DNA of 32,000 nucleotides. Source: Vulcanisaeta distributa DSM 14429 (GTDB lineage: Archaea; Thermoproteota; Thermoprotei; Thermoproteales; Thermocladiaceae). The notes below the pieces were generated by a model that was not told the DNA's origin, did no database searches, and saw only the letters and a list, made by a program, of their open reading frames with translations. The stretch lies in assembly GCF_000148385.1 (NCBI RefSeq), contig NC_014537.1, positions 1,650,001-1,682,000 on the forward strand. The letters run 5' to 3'. How positions within the stretch are numbered: position 1 is the stretch's first letter; every line of letters begins with the position of its first letter. Of this stretch, positions 1-8,748 are shown piece after piece. The position numbers and the translations under genes were made by a program.

Positions 1-190
1 CCCTCTGTAAATCAACAACCTTTGATAGACTTACAATGCCCGTACCAATGTGTATATAGCCACTTATCTCAAAGCCTATGTAATGCTTCAGCTTAGCCCC
101 TGTCTCCAGGTATTGCCTTAACTCGTCAACCGTGAGTACCTCCTCCGTTGGATACCTGGTTATCAATGATAATCTCTCCTCAATATCCAT
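1..190 (-). CDS. tyrS: tyrosyl-tRNA synthetase, N-terminal fragment (gene continues past the left window edge)
   Basis: This ORF is not in the ORF track. My own reverse-complement translation from the ATG at 190 gives [63 protein letters not shown]. This resembles the archaeal TyrRS N-terminus (IGFEPSGxIHxG class-I HIGH region followed by ..DLQ). Confidence 0.65.
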   Translation of the reverse strand, partial: MDIEERLSLITRYPTEEVLTVDELRQYLETGAKLKHYIGFEISGYIHIGTGIVSLSKVVDLQR

Positions 191-241
191 TATTATTACC
201 GTTAAAATTAAGATAATTAAGCTTTATTGATATAAATCTAC

Positions 242-706
242 GTGGTTCGGGTAGTCATTGATAGGATAAGGGCTTGGGGTCATGTCAATGTTAGGGCTAG
301 GCATAGGACCACGATTGAGATTACAAGGGATGATTACTTAACGCCCAGGGGTGATTGTATAATCGGTATTAAGGCCGATAAGGGTTTATCGGGTATAAGC
401 CCCGAACTTAAGGAGATTATTAAGAAGGATGGGTCAATAGTGATAGCAATGTTTGTGGTTGACGACTATCTCGACTACGTAGTTGGTATGGGCTCCTCAA
501 AGCTTACCCTGGGCAATGATAATAAATTAATCATTAGGAGGAGTAATTACATTGATGATGCAACACTAATGATTAGGGCGAATAAGGCGGCGATTGATAT
601 AGATAGAAGGCTCATAGATAGGTTAAAGAAAGAGAGCCCCTTGACAGTCTATATTATAGGTGTTGACCTTGAGCAGGATAGAACAGTTGAAGGCGATGGC
701 ACTTAG
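242..706 (+). CDS. DUF371-family protein (conserved archaeal protein of unknown function)
   Basis: 154 aa with a GTG start. The signature ...HRTTIEITRDDYLTPRGDCIIGIKADK... is what I associate with DUF371/COG2090. The ORF overlaps the next gene by 11 nt. Confidence 0.6.
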   Translation: MVRVVIDRIRAWGHVNVRARHRTTIEITRDDYLTPRGDCIIGIKADKGLSGISPELKEIIKKDGSIVIAMFVVDDYLDYVVGMGSSKLTLGNDNKLIIRRSNYIDDATLMIRANKAAIDIDRRLIDRLKKESPLTVYIIGVDLEQDRTVEGDGT

Positions 707-1391
707 GAAGTTGATCCACGTTGCGCTATCTATATTCTTAATAATACCATTTATAGTGAACCTGAAGACCTACGGCATATCAACAACACTGTACTTCACG
801 CTAATTACCCTAGGCGTTTCCGTGATATACGTTATCCAGGTTAAGAGGCCAATAATTACTATAGTCCTGCTTGACGCATTAACAAGCGCCAGGAGGTCAA
901 TACTACAGCAGATCACTAAGTCGCCAATAGGCTCGGCAATACCGATAGATACCCTAGACGATGGATTAATGAAACTTGAGAAGACCGTTAAGGAATTACT
1001 TGAGAGTGTTGAGAGGGATTATGAAAGAAGAGGTGGCTACTTAGGCATTTTAATGGGCGCCATCGGAGTACTAATTAGTCAGTTGCTAACTGGTAATTAC
1101 GTTATTTACGGGATAATGTCAGTGATAGTCTACGATACAATGAGCGCGATAGGTGGTATACTCCTCGGTAGAGTCAGGTTGCCCTTTAGCAATGCCACCA
1201 TGGAGGGCACACTCGTGGGCATGGCATCGCTAGCCACAGTACTATTCCTATTCACGAATCAATTAATCGGCTCCCTGGCAGTAACAGTAGTTGCAGCATT
1301 AGCCGAAGCATACGGGATGGAGGATAACCTGGCGATACCAATAACCACGTCTTTAATGGCCATGGCCCTCAGGCTACCCGTAATTACGTAA
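696..1391 (+). CDS. polytopic membrane protein, CTP-dependent polyprenol (dolichol/phytol) kinase family-like
   Basis: The protein has multiple hydrophobic helices. Family-like motifs are YDTMSAIGGILLGRVRLPF..TMEGTLVG and the C-terminal AEAYGMEDNLAIPI (the DNLxIP-type end of COG0170/SEC59-like proteins). I prefer the ATG at 696 (MALRKL...) over the GTG at 660. Confidence 0.55.
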   Translation: MALRKLIHVALSIFLIIPFIVNLKTYGISTTLYFTLITLGVSVIYVIQVKRPIITIVLLDALTSARRSILQQITKSPIGSAIPIDTLDDGLMKLEKTVKELLESVERDYERRGGYLGILMGAIGVLISQLLTGNYVIYGIMSVIVYDTMSAIGGILLGRVRLPFSNATMEGTLVGMASLATVLFLFTNQLIGSLAVTVVAALAEAYGMEDNLAIPITTSLMAMALRLPVIT

Positions 1392-1409
1392 TGACAAGAT
1401 AATAGGCAT

Positions 1410-2402
1410 TTACTTACGCCTACCCAAGGCCCTATAGAGCCTATCCTCATCCTGCCAAACCCTACCTCTCATTATCTCATCCCAAAGCCTATTGAAGACT
1501 GGATAGCCAAGCATCCTCTCGAGAGCCCATTCCCTAGCAAATGTGCCATCCTTAATTTGCCTAATCGCCTCCCTCATTAATTTCTTAACCTCATCAGTCA
1601 CGTACCTAGGACCCCAGGTTAAGTGGCCATATTGACTAGTCGTGGAATGACCCTTAAGCTGTGCGAATAATCCCTTCTCAACGATCGCCTTAGTAATGGC
1701 TATCAATTCACCAGAGGCCCAAAGCTCAAGCATGGCAGCCTCAGGAGACACGCCATTCTCAACAAGCACATTATAGCCCTCAGCCAGTAGAAATAAGAAT
1801 GCCCCAGCCCACGTATGCTCACTGAATAAGTCTGTTATCGTCTCCTCCTCAAAGCTCGACTCGACAGCCACACCACCTGGTTTACCAATGGCACCAATGG
1901 CCTTTGAGTATGCCAGTGCGTGGTCCCATGCCCTACCACTATAATTATTCGCAACACCGATCAGTACGGGAAACCCCTTACCATTCACGAAGTTATCCCT
2001 AACTCCTTCACCGATCATCCTCGGAGCGACCATTATAACGTCAACGTCCTTAGGCGGCTTTATGAAACCATAATATACATTATAACCACTTAGGAAGACC
2101 ACGATTTTACCTGGCGATAAATTCGGCGCAATGTCTCTTATCCAAACCTCTGGCTGAACCTCATCTGGAATAGCCATAACCACAACATCACCGCGCTTAA
2201 CAGCTTCCGGTATTGAATACACAGTGAAGCCAAGACTCCTAGCTCGGTTTGCATACTCATCCTCTATATTACCTATTATAACGTTGAAACCACCATCCCT
2301 AAGATTTAGGGCTTGGGCGCTTCCTTGGTTACCAAAGCCTATCATCGATATAACCTTACCCCTTATCAACTCAGCATCTCCGTCGAAGTAAAGCTTCGCC
2401 AT
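1410..2402 (-). CDS. ilvC: ketol-acid reductoisomerase (class I)
   Basis: MAKLYFDGDAELIRGKVISMIGFGNQGSAQALNLRDGG... is the typical KARI N-terminal Rossmann motif, and the whole length looks like KARI. I place the start at the internal ATG (MAKLY) rather than the track start at 2438. Confidence 0.9.
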   Translation of the reverse strand: MAKLYFDGDAELIRGKVISMIGFGNQGSAQALNLRDGGFNVIIGNIEDEYANRARSLGFTVYSIPEAVKRGDVVVMAIPDEVQPEVWIRDIAPNLSPGKIVVFLSGYNVYYGFIKPPKDVDVIMVAPRMIGEGVRDNFVNGKGFPVLIGVANNYSGRAWDHALAYSKAIGAIGKPGGVAVESSFEEETITDLFSEHTWAGAFLFLLAEGYNVLVENGVSPEAAMLELWASGELIAITKAIVEKGLFAQLKGHSTTSQYGHLTWGPRYVTDEVKKLMREAIRQIKDGTFAREWALERMLGYPVFNRLWDEIMRGRVWQDEDRLYRALGRRK

Positions 2403-2461
2403 AATAAGCAGATAATAAACATTAATATAAACATTCATAATAACGCATTAGAATCCAAGGT

Positions 2462-3376
2462 TTATCCCTCACTCCACCGCTTAAGTAATTCACGCGCAGC
2501 ATTCACCCCAAGCTCCTCAGGATTTGATGGCGAACCGCTTAGCTTAACAAGGACTTTCCTCTCCCCATTTAAATCAGCCATACCTGCAATAAACTCCATA
2601 CGAGCCCCCTCATGAATAGCCATACCGCCAACGGGTACGTGACATCCACCACCGATAGTCCTTAAGAACGCCCTTTCAGCTAATGCCTCAGCCCTAGCCT
2701 TGGGGTCGCTAGCCTTATTCAGGAGATCTACTAGGTCCGTGTCCTTTTCACGGGCAACAACCGCTATTATGCCCTGCCCAGGCGCTGGTGGTAACACATC
2801 AGGGGATATGCGGGTGTACTTAATGTTAAGTGATTTCACGTCATTTATTAGTCTCACAAGGCCTGCCTCCGCGATTACAATGGCGTCGTAATCGCCCCTG
2901 ATTAATTTATTAATTCGTGTGTCGACATTACCCCTAATTACGTTTATTGAGATATCCCTCCTAACATTAAGGAGGAATGCCCTACGCCTAACACTTGATG
3001 TGCCAACCCTAGCACCACTTGGTAATGCCATTAATTCACTTGGGTAATCATCCTTAACGACTAAGACATCGAATGGCGGATCCCTAGGCGAGAACCCAGC
3101 AACCACAAGACCTGGACTAATCTCACTGGGCAGGTCCTTGAGGCTATGTACGGCTATGTCCGCCTCATTCCTCAGCAGCGCCAGGTTAACCTCCTTCTCA
3201 AAAATCCCCTTAACACCAATGGCATATAATGGCTTATCCTGAATAACATCGCCTGTGGTCCTTACAATTATCACGTCAAACCGCACGTTAGGCTCAACCC
3301 TCCTAATCATGTTCATCACAATCTCCGTCTGTATCAGCGATAACCTACTTCCCCTTGTCGCAATTCTAATTCTCAT
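2462..3376 (-). CDS. hemC: hydroxymethylbilane synthase (porphobilinogen deaminase)
   Basis: The N-terminus MRIRIATRGSRLSLIQT and the stretches ..AVHSLKDLP.., ..GTSSVRRRAFL.. and ..GGCHVPVG.. are canonical HemC motifs. Confidence 0.9.
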   Translation of the reverse strand: MRIRIATRGSRLSLIQTEIVMNMIRRVEPNVRFDVIIVRTTGDVIQDKPLYAIGVKGIFEKEVNLALLRNEADIAVHSLKDLPSEISPGLVVAGFSPRDPPFDVLVVKDDYPSELMALPSGARVGTSSVRRRAFLLNVRRDISINVIRGNVDTRINKLIRGDYDAIVIAEAGLVRLINDVKSLNIKYTRISPDVLPPAPGQGIIAVVAREKDTDLVDLLNKASDPKARAEALAERAFLRTIGGGCHVPVGGMAIHEGARMEFIAGMADLNGERKVLVKLSGSPSNPEELGVNAARELLKRWSEG

Positions 3377-3404
3377 TACGCAATAGTCCTAGTAATCACT
3401 ATAT

Positions 3405-5798
3405 TTAAACACTAATTGATTGAGCGAAGTCCTGGTACTTCCTAAACGTGTCTTCACATATTATGCTTGTACCATCCCTAGATGACAAGTATAGCTTTAT
3501 CTTCTCAATAGCCTCAACGGCCGGGCACGACTTAATTATACCCTTAATTACCTCCTTATCCTTATCATTAACTCTAAGCTTACCCTCAATAACCTCATTA
3601 ATATAATCATCATAAATAGGCAATATGGGTATCACTGCATCAACGTTTTTCCTAATAAAGTCGGGATCCACAGACCATGGATTACTACTCTCAAACACAA
3701 TGACTAGGTGCTTAGCCCTGGCTATGTTCAAAAGCTTAAGCACATGGTTCAAATCCTCGTTAATCGCTCCCTCAAAGTTCGGTACGTGAACTATTGCATT
3801 ATCAATTATGGAAATACTTGGGTCCTTATAATCAATAATCGCCACTCCAAGGTGCTTAGCCACGTAGTTTATTAACGCGGTCTTCCCCGACTTAGGTGGA
3901 CCCACCACTAATATTGACGTTATGTACTTAAGCCCAAGGTTACTCATCATATCTCTTAACCTAATAGACGAGTCTATATAATCAATGAGTTTAGACTTTG
4001 TGTTCATACTTATTAAATCAACGGGATCAAGCGTAATCACAACATTGGCATTAACATTCTTACCCCTAGCCCTGGGCTTCTCCCTCGTCGTCTCGCCTTT
4101 CGTCTTTTCCTTACGTATCGAGGGCTTAGGACCCTCTAAGGCCTTTTCCTCCTTCGTAATACCCTTTTCCAGTTGTAAATTAGTGGCTACCTCATTATTC
4201 CTGTTCACGCTTTTCTCATTAACTACTCTGGCAGGTGTTGTCGTGATTTCCATATTTATTGGTGCATTACTTGTCTGAATTGGCTCCTCATTAATTGGAG
4301 TTGGGTTATTATTTAGGGCGTTAGTGTTAATGACTGTTTCAGTCATATTACCTTGCTTTAATTGTGTCTCCTCAACATTCTTAGTCTGCTTTTGATTAAT
4401 CTCCGTATTCTCCGTCTCACCATAAGTTATGACTTCAATGCCGTACTTCCTCAGTTTACTTATAACGTCATTATTACCATTATTTATTATTAAGGCATAA
4501 AGCTTCATGCGTTTGTTATAATCAATTAGACTTAATATCATGTCCTTATTAATTTCGTTCGGAATCAATACAAGCAATGCCTTCTCATGGGTTCTAATAA
4601 ACCAATTAACGTCATTTGTTAACTCATTGATATCACCCTTAATTATGAATCCCTTAGCTCTAGTTAATCCAAATAACGCCTTTGCGATTATTTCAACCTT
4701 ATCCTGAGGTAATGAGGCATGCAATGCTACTACTCCGGTCTTAGATAATATATTTACTATGGTATTCGCAAGATCAACATAGTCCTTAGGCAATTTCTTA
4801 ATCCAATAACCGTACTCGGTGATCATTAATGGATCAATTATTGGTATTACAATTGGGGACCTCTTTCTAGTACGTAATACTGATTGAGTCACTACCTTAA
4901 GCCTAGACTGCGCAATATCAAGTGCGTAGGTACTAAACCCAATAATTAGCGACCCAACGACAAGTAGTGGTGTTATGTAATAATTCCATAAATCATTAAT
5001 TAAGGGTATATAAAGAAGAGATACCGTTATTAATTGTGGTACTAAATTCATTATTATTTGCGAGATATCTCTACTCATTGGCCATATTATGGTGAGTCTC
5101 GGCAAATACCTGCTTATCAAAGGTGGTATTGTCATGATTATTATGAAGACGAAGTAAAGCATCACATTACTTAATTCACTATATATAGTGAGTAAATTAC
5201 CTGAACCATCGAATATTAGGGACTCCATTCCACGTACTAAGTTAAGGTTCGTTACGTGAATGACCATTATCGGCGTCCACGTAATACCCTGGTACGCAAC
5301 ACCAATTACGTACAGTAATGTGAGGAGTGAGAAGATGACCGCTGACCTGACACTATAGCCCTTTATAGATGGTGCTATTGAGAGGGGTATTGATAGCCAA
5401 TACAGCGGTGTGAATAGTAAGGCCCATGATACTATGGCTATGTCATTAATGACACCAGCCTCGGTTATTAAGTAGGTAGTTAGGAGCAGTGGCATTATTA
5501 GTAATGATGCATGGCCTAGGGCTGTAATGAATGTCAGCACCACATATGTTACTAAGATGGCTGTCGTTAAACCGTACCTTTTAAGTGCCGATGATGTAAT
5601 GATTAGGGCTAATAATGTTATAAATACGTAGAAAGGTATTATTGGAAAGACTATGTAAAGTAATGTGGCTGTAGCAGTATCCGTTAGCGTAAAGAGAATG
5701 TTTGTTGTTACGTTCTGTTTCACATAATAAAAACTACGAGATACTTTATAAACCGTTTCTCTCTTAATAATCGAAAGAGAGAAACTAAACGTCGGCAT
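3405..5798 (-). CDS. large polytopic membrane protein with a low-complexity linker and a C-terminal AAA+ ATPase module (unrecognised architecture)
   Basis: Track ORF 3405..5882. About 8-10 hydrophobic helices occupy roughly the first 330 residues. An N/T/E/K-rich linker is encoded at about 4044..4418. The Walker A motif VVGPPKSGKT lies at 3879..3902, followed by AAA-like VFESSNPWSVDPDFIRKNVD. The start is uncertain; MPTF at 5798 minimises the overlap with the upstream gene to 14 nt. Confidence 0.6.
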   Translation of the reverse strand: MPTFSFSLSIIKRETVYKVSRSFYYVKQNVTTNILFTLTDTATATLLYIVFPIIPFYVFITLLALIITSSALKRYGLTTAILVTYVVLTFITALGHASLLIMPLLLTTYLITEAGVINDIAIVSWALLFTPLYWLSIPLSIAPSIKGYSVRSAVIFSLLTLLYVIGVAYQGITWTPIMVIHVTNLNLVRGMESLIFDGSGNLLTIYSELSNVMLYFVFIIIMTIPPLISRYLPRLTIIWPMSRDISQIIMNLVPQLITVSLLYIPLINDLWNYYITPLLVVGSLIIGFSTYALDIAQSRLKVVTQSVLRTRKRSPIVIPIIDPLMITEYGYWIKKLPKDYVDLANTIVNILSKTGVVALHASLPQDKVEIIAKALFGLTRAKGFIIKGDINELTNDVNWFIRTHEKALLVLIPNEINKDMILSLIDYNKRMKLYALIINNGNNDVISKLRKYGIEVITYGETENTEINQKQTKNVEETQLKQGNMTETVINTNALNNNPTPINEEPIQTSNAPINMEITTTPARVVNEKSVNRNNEVATNLQLEKGITKEEKALEGPKPSIRKEKTKGETTREKPRARGKNVNANVVITLDPVDLISMNTKSKLIDYIDSSIRLRDMMSNLGLKYITSILVVGPPKSGKTALINYVAKHLGVAIIDYKDPSISIIDNAIVHVPNFEGAINEDLNHVLKLLNIARAKHLVIVFESSNPWSVDPDFIRKNVDAVIPILPIYDDYINEVIEGKLRVNDKDKEVIKGIIKSCPAVEAIEKIKLYLSSRDGTSIICEDTFRKYQDFAQSISV

Positions 5799-6348
5799 GT
5801 ATCGACTTAATGACGTCGATCCATGGATTATCTCGTATAAAATCAGGCAACGAATCATTATTAAACTGCTCATTATTAACAATAATGTCCTGCCCCTTCA
5901 CAGTACCAGGGATGCAACCATCCTTACTCCTCTTCTCAAGCTCCTCAACCTTCTCAATGAGCTTGCCAATTAATTCTTTAAGAGATTTCAATTCCTTTAT
6001 TAACTCACCTTGATAAGCGCTCTCATATAAATAATCATTCCTTAGTTGTGGATCAGGCATTCCCGTAATGATAGATAGGCTCACGTTAAGGATATTGCCA
6101 TAACCACCTAATAAGTATGAGCTATTGTTATTATTCATTTGAGTATCTACTTTATTTAATTGCTTATCATCATTCAGCTGATTTAATGCCTGGTCAATAT
6201 TTTTGGTGAAGGCCCTATACTTAGATATTGCCTTGTACACGGTGTTTACGGATATACCGAGCTTCTGAGCTATCTCCTTAGGTTTCAATCCCTCATTAAA
6301 GTAAAGCTTAGCAGCTAACTCCTCAGTCTTCGTTAATTTACTCGACAT
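5785..6348 (-). CDS. HTH DNA-binding protein with a C-terminal coiled coil
   Basis: The N-terminus LAAKLYFNEGLKPKEIAQKLGISVNTVYKAISKYR looks like a sigma-r4/LuxR/terminase-small-type HTH. It is followed by an N/Q-rich segment and the heptad-like stretch GELIKELKSLKELIGKLIEKVEELEKRSK. Confidence 0.6.
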   Translation of the reverse strand: MSSKLTKTEELAAKLYFNEGLKPKEIAQKLGISVNTVYKAISKYRAFTKNIDQALNQLNDDKQLNKVDTQMNNNNSSYLLGGYGNILNVSLSIITGMPDPQLRNDYLYESAYQGELIKELKSLKELIGKLIEKVEELEKRSKDGCIPGTVKGQDIIVNNEQFNNDSLPDFIRDNPWIDVIKSIHADV

Positions 6349-6481
6349 ACATTTATTGGTACTGTCCTCGGTTAAAAATCAGTTTATGTCCTTAAATTAA
6401 TGAATTACCCATGTAATACTTATTAATATACAGTAGCAATGATAAATAATATAAGGGAAGACTAACCACTCTTAAAACTTG

Positions 6482-7432
6482 ATGAACGTAAAGGCCACGA
6501 TCGCGGTTCACGGAGGTGCTGGTAGCCTGGGTTACTTCGTTAATGAGGAGCACAGACAAAGATACTTAAATGGTTTAGTAAATGCTGTAAGGGCAGGTCT
6601 CGAGGCAGCCAAGAGGGGTAATGCCCTGGACATGGTTGTTGAGGCCGTTACATCCATGGAGCTTGATGGATCTTATGATGCTGGTAAGGGTTCGGTACTG
6701 AATTTATATGGTGAGGTTGAGCAGGACGCCGGCGTCATGTGGGGTAAAGACCTAAGTGTTGGAGCTGTGGCATCTGTTAAGCATGTTATAAATGCGATAA
6801 GGCTCGCTAGGCTTGTTATGGAGAGAACCGATCACGTATTAATAACCGGGGAGGGCGCTGAAGAATTAGCTAGGCAATTTGGGCTTTGGGTACCATCAAC
6901 GGAATTAATAAACGAATCTAAAATTAATAGGTATAAATCCTTGCTCAGGAATTTACGTTCACGATATGAGAAAAACACGGACCTCGCCAGGAGGTTAGGC
7001 TTATTGGGTACGGTGGGCGCAGTCGCATTGGACAGGGATGGTAACCTGGCCGCGGCAACGTCGACAGGTGGTACGATACTTAAGTGGCCTGGTAGGGTTG
7101 GCGATTCACCACTTCCAGGTGCTGGCTATTGGGCTGAGAATGGTGTATGTGCGGTGTCTGCTACGGGCATTGGGGAATTCATCATTAGGGCCATGGCCTC
7201 ATTTAGGGTTGCCATGCTGATTAAAGGCGGCATTAAGGTCAGTGATGCCGTTAAGCAAGTCGTTAATTACGTGACCAGCCTATTCGGTCCAGGTAATATT
7301 GGGTTGATAGCAATTGATAGTTTAGGTAATGTAGCTTCAGCATTTAATACGGAGGTCATGGGGAGGGCATGGGGTAGGGAGGGCATGGATAAAGTAATAG
7401 TGGCGCACTTCCCCGGTGACCCATTCCCATGA
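6482..7432 (+). CDS. isoaspartyl peptidase / plant-type L-asparaginase (Ntn hydrolase)
   Basis: AVHGGAGS near the N-terminus, the autoprocessing site ..GTVGAVALDRDGNLAAATSTGG.. and ..GRVGDSPLPGAGYWA.. are typical of the family. I use the ATG at 6482, one codon after the TTG at 6479. Confidence 0.85.
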   Translation: MNVKATIAVHGGAGSLGYFVNEEHRQRYLNGLVNAVRAGLEAAKRGNALDMVVEAVTSMELDGSYDAGKGSVLNLYGEVEQDAGVMWGKDLSVGAVASVKHVINAIRLARLVMERTDHVLITGEGAEELARQFGLWVPSTELINESKINRYKSLLRNLRSRYEKNTDLARRLGLLGTVGAVALDRDGNLAAATSTGGTILKWPGRVGDSPLPGAGYWAENGVCAVSATGIGEFIIRAMASFRVAMLIKGGIKVSDAVKQVVNYVTSLFGPGNIGLIAIDSLGNVASAFNTEVMGRAWGREGMDKVIVAHFPGDPFP

Positions 7433-7445
7433 ATGAGTGCTTTAT

Positions 7446-8729
7446 TCATATGAACTTACCTATGAAGTCATTAAGTCTTTCGCTGATTCTTCTTGCCCGT
7501 TCCCTAAACGCTTGATAATCCCTGGACTTATCATAAATTATCTTACCATTAACGATTACCATATCCACGTCTGAGCCGTCCGCTGAATAGACAATATTTG
7601 ATAGAATATTATCAAGCCTAGCAGGTTGAAGCCTCGGACTACCTAAGTCAAGCAACACTAGGTCTGCTACGCAACCATTATTTACGCAACCACCATTAAG
7701 GCCTAGTAATTTATAGCCATTAAGTGTTGCCGCCTTGAATGCGTGAATCGCCTTAATGCTCACGTCCCAATATGAGTGTCTCTGAAGCAGTACTGCCATC
7801 TTCATCTCTCTAAACATGTCAAGGGAATTATTACTAGCGGGCCCATCAGTGCCCAACGTCACCACAACGCCAATATCCATTAACTCCCTCATTGGAAAGT
7901 GACCGGCAGTGGCCAGTTTCATGTTTGATGTTGGTGCGTGGGTTACACGGGCATTAGTCCTGGCTATAATATTCAACTCCCAATTAGTAACCCATCCTAA
8001 ATGAACGAGTTGAGCCCTACTAGAGATTAAACCCAGTGAGTTTAGGTATTCTACAGGGAACATGCCATACTTCTTCTTCGACTCATAAACCTCATCCCTC
8101 GTTTCAGACACATGTACCTGGATTGGTAAATTAAGACCATCACTTAAGTCTTTAATCCTTAACAACGTATCCTTACCCACAGCATAGATACTATGGACAT
8201 TTATTATCGGTCTTATCAACGATGAATCACCGTACTTACTCACGAAATTCCTTAATTCATTCTCAACACATGAGGGTCTCCTTAATGTGTCTATGAACGT
8301 GGGACCCAAGGCAGTTCTCAACCCGTACTTTAACGCTACGTCAGCGGTCACGTCTGGGTAATGATACATGTCTATGAATGCCGTTGTACCGCTCATTAAC
8401 ATCTCAATAATAGATAACTCACTGCCGAGGGCTACTATGTCCCTCGTTAATTCACGCTCCACACTCCACATCTTGCTAAGCCATGTCATTAATTCGGCAT
8501 CATCATAGAAACCCCTCAATAGAGACATTGGTGTATGGGTATGCGCATTAACAAGCCCTGGAATTACGACATGACCTGAACAATCAATCTCCTCAAACCC
8601 ACCCTCAGTTATAGTGCCAACATTCATTATTGATCCGTCACTAATTGCTATATCCACGTTCTTAAGTATCCTAAGCTCATCATTAATCCACGTTAGTACA
8701 AAGTCGCAATTTTTAAGTAGATAATCCAT
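7446..8729 (-). CDS. mtaD: amidohydrolase, 5'-methylthioadenosine/S-adenosylhomocysteine deaminase-like
   Basis: The metal-binding motif PGLVNAHTHTPMSLLRG, plus ..HVSET.. and ..GTDGPASNNSLDMF.. in a 427-aa protein, fit the MtaD/TRZ-ATZ amidohydrolase pattern. Confidence 0.75.
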   Translation of the reverse strand: MDYLLKNCDFVLTWINDELRILKNVDIAISDGSIMNVGTITEGGFEEIDCSGHVVIPGLVNAHTHTPMSLLRGFYDDAELMTWLSKMWSVERELTRDIVALGSELSIIEMLMSGTTAFIDMYHYPDVTADVALKYGLRTALGPTFIDTLRRPSCVENELRNFVSKYGDSSLIRPIINVHSIYAVGKDTLLRIKDLSDGLNLPIQVHVSETRDEVYESKKKYGMFPVEYLNSLGLISSRAQLVHLGWVTNWELNIIARTNARVTHAPTSNMKLATAGHFPMRELMDIGVVVTLGTDGPASNNSLDMFREMKMAVLLQRHSYWDVSIKAIHAFKAATLNGYKLLGLNGGCVNNGCVADLVLLDLGSPRLQPARLDNILSNIVYSADGSDVDMVIVNGKIIYDKSRDYQAFRERARRISERLNDFIGKFI

Positions 8730-8748
8730 GAGCGACCAATGTTATAGC

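Noticed and set aside
1259-1450. 63-aa - strand ORF bridging the convergent ends of the polyprenol-kinase-like gene and ilvC
   Set aside because: It overlaps both better-supported genes, is short, and has no motif.
3985-4278. 97-aa + strand ORF within the membrane-AAA gene
   Set aside because: It is generated by the low-complexity linker-coding region on the opposite strand, and its repetitive S/L/F/V composition gives no independent support.
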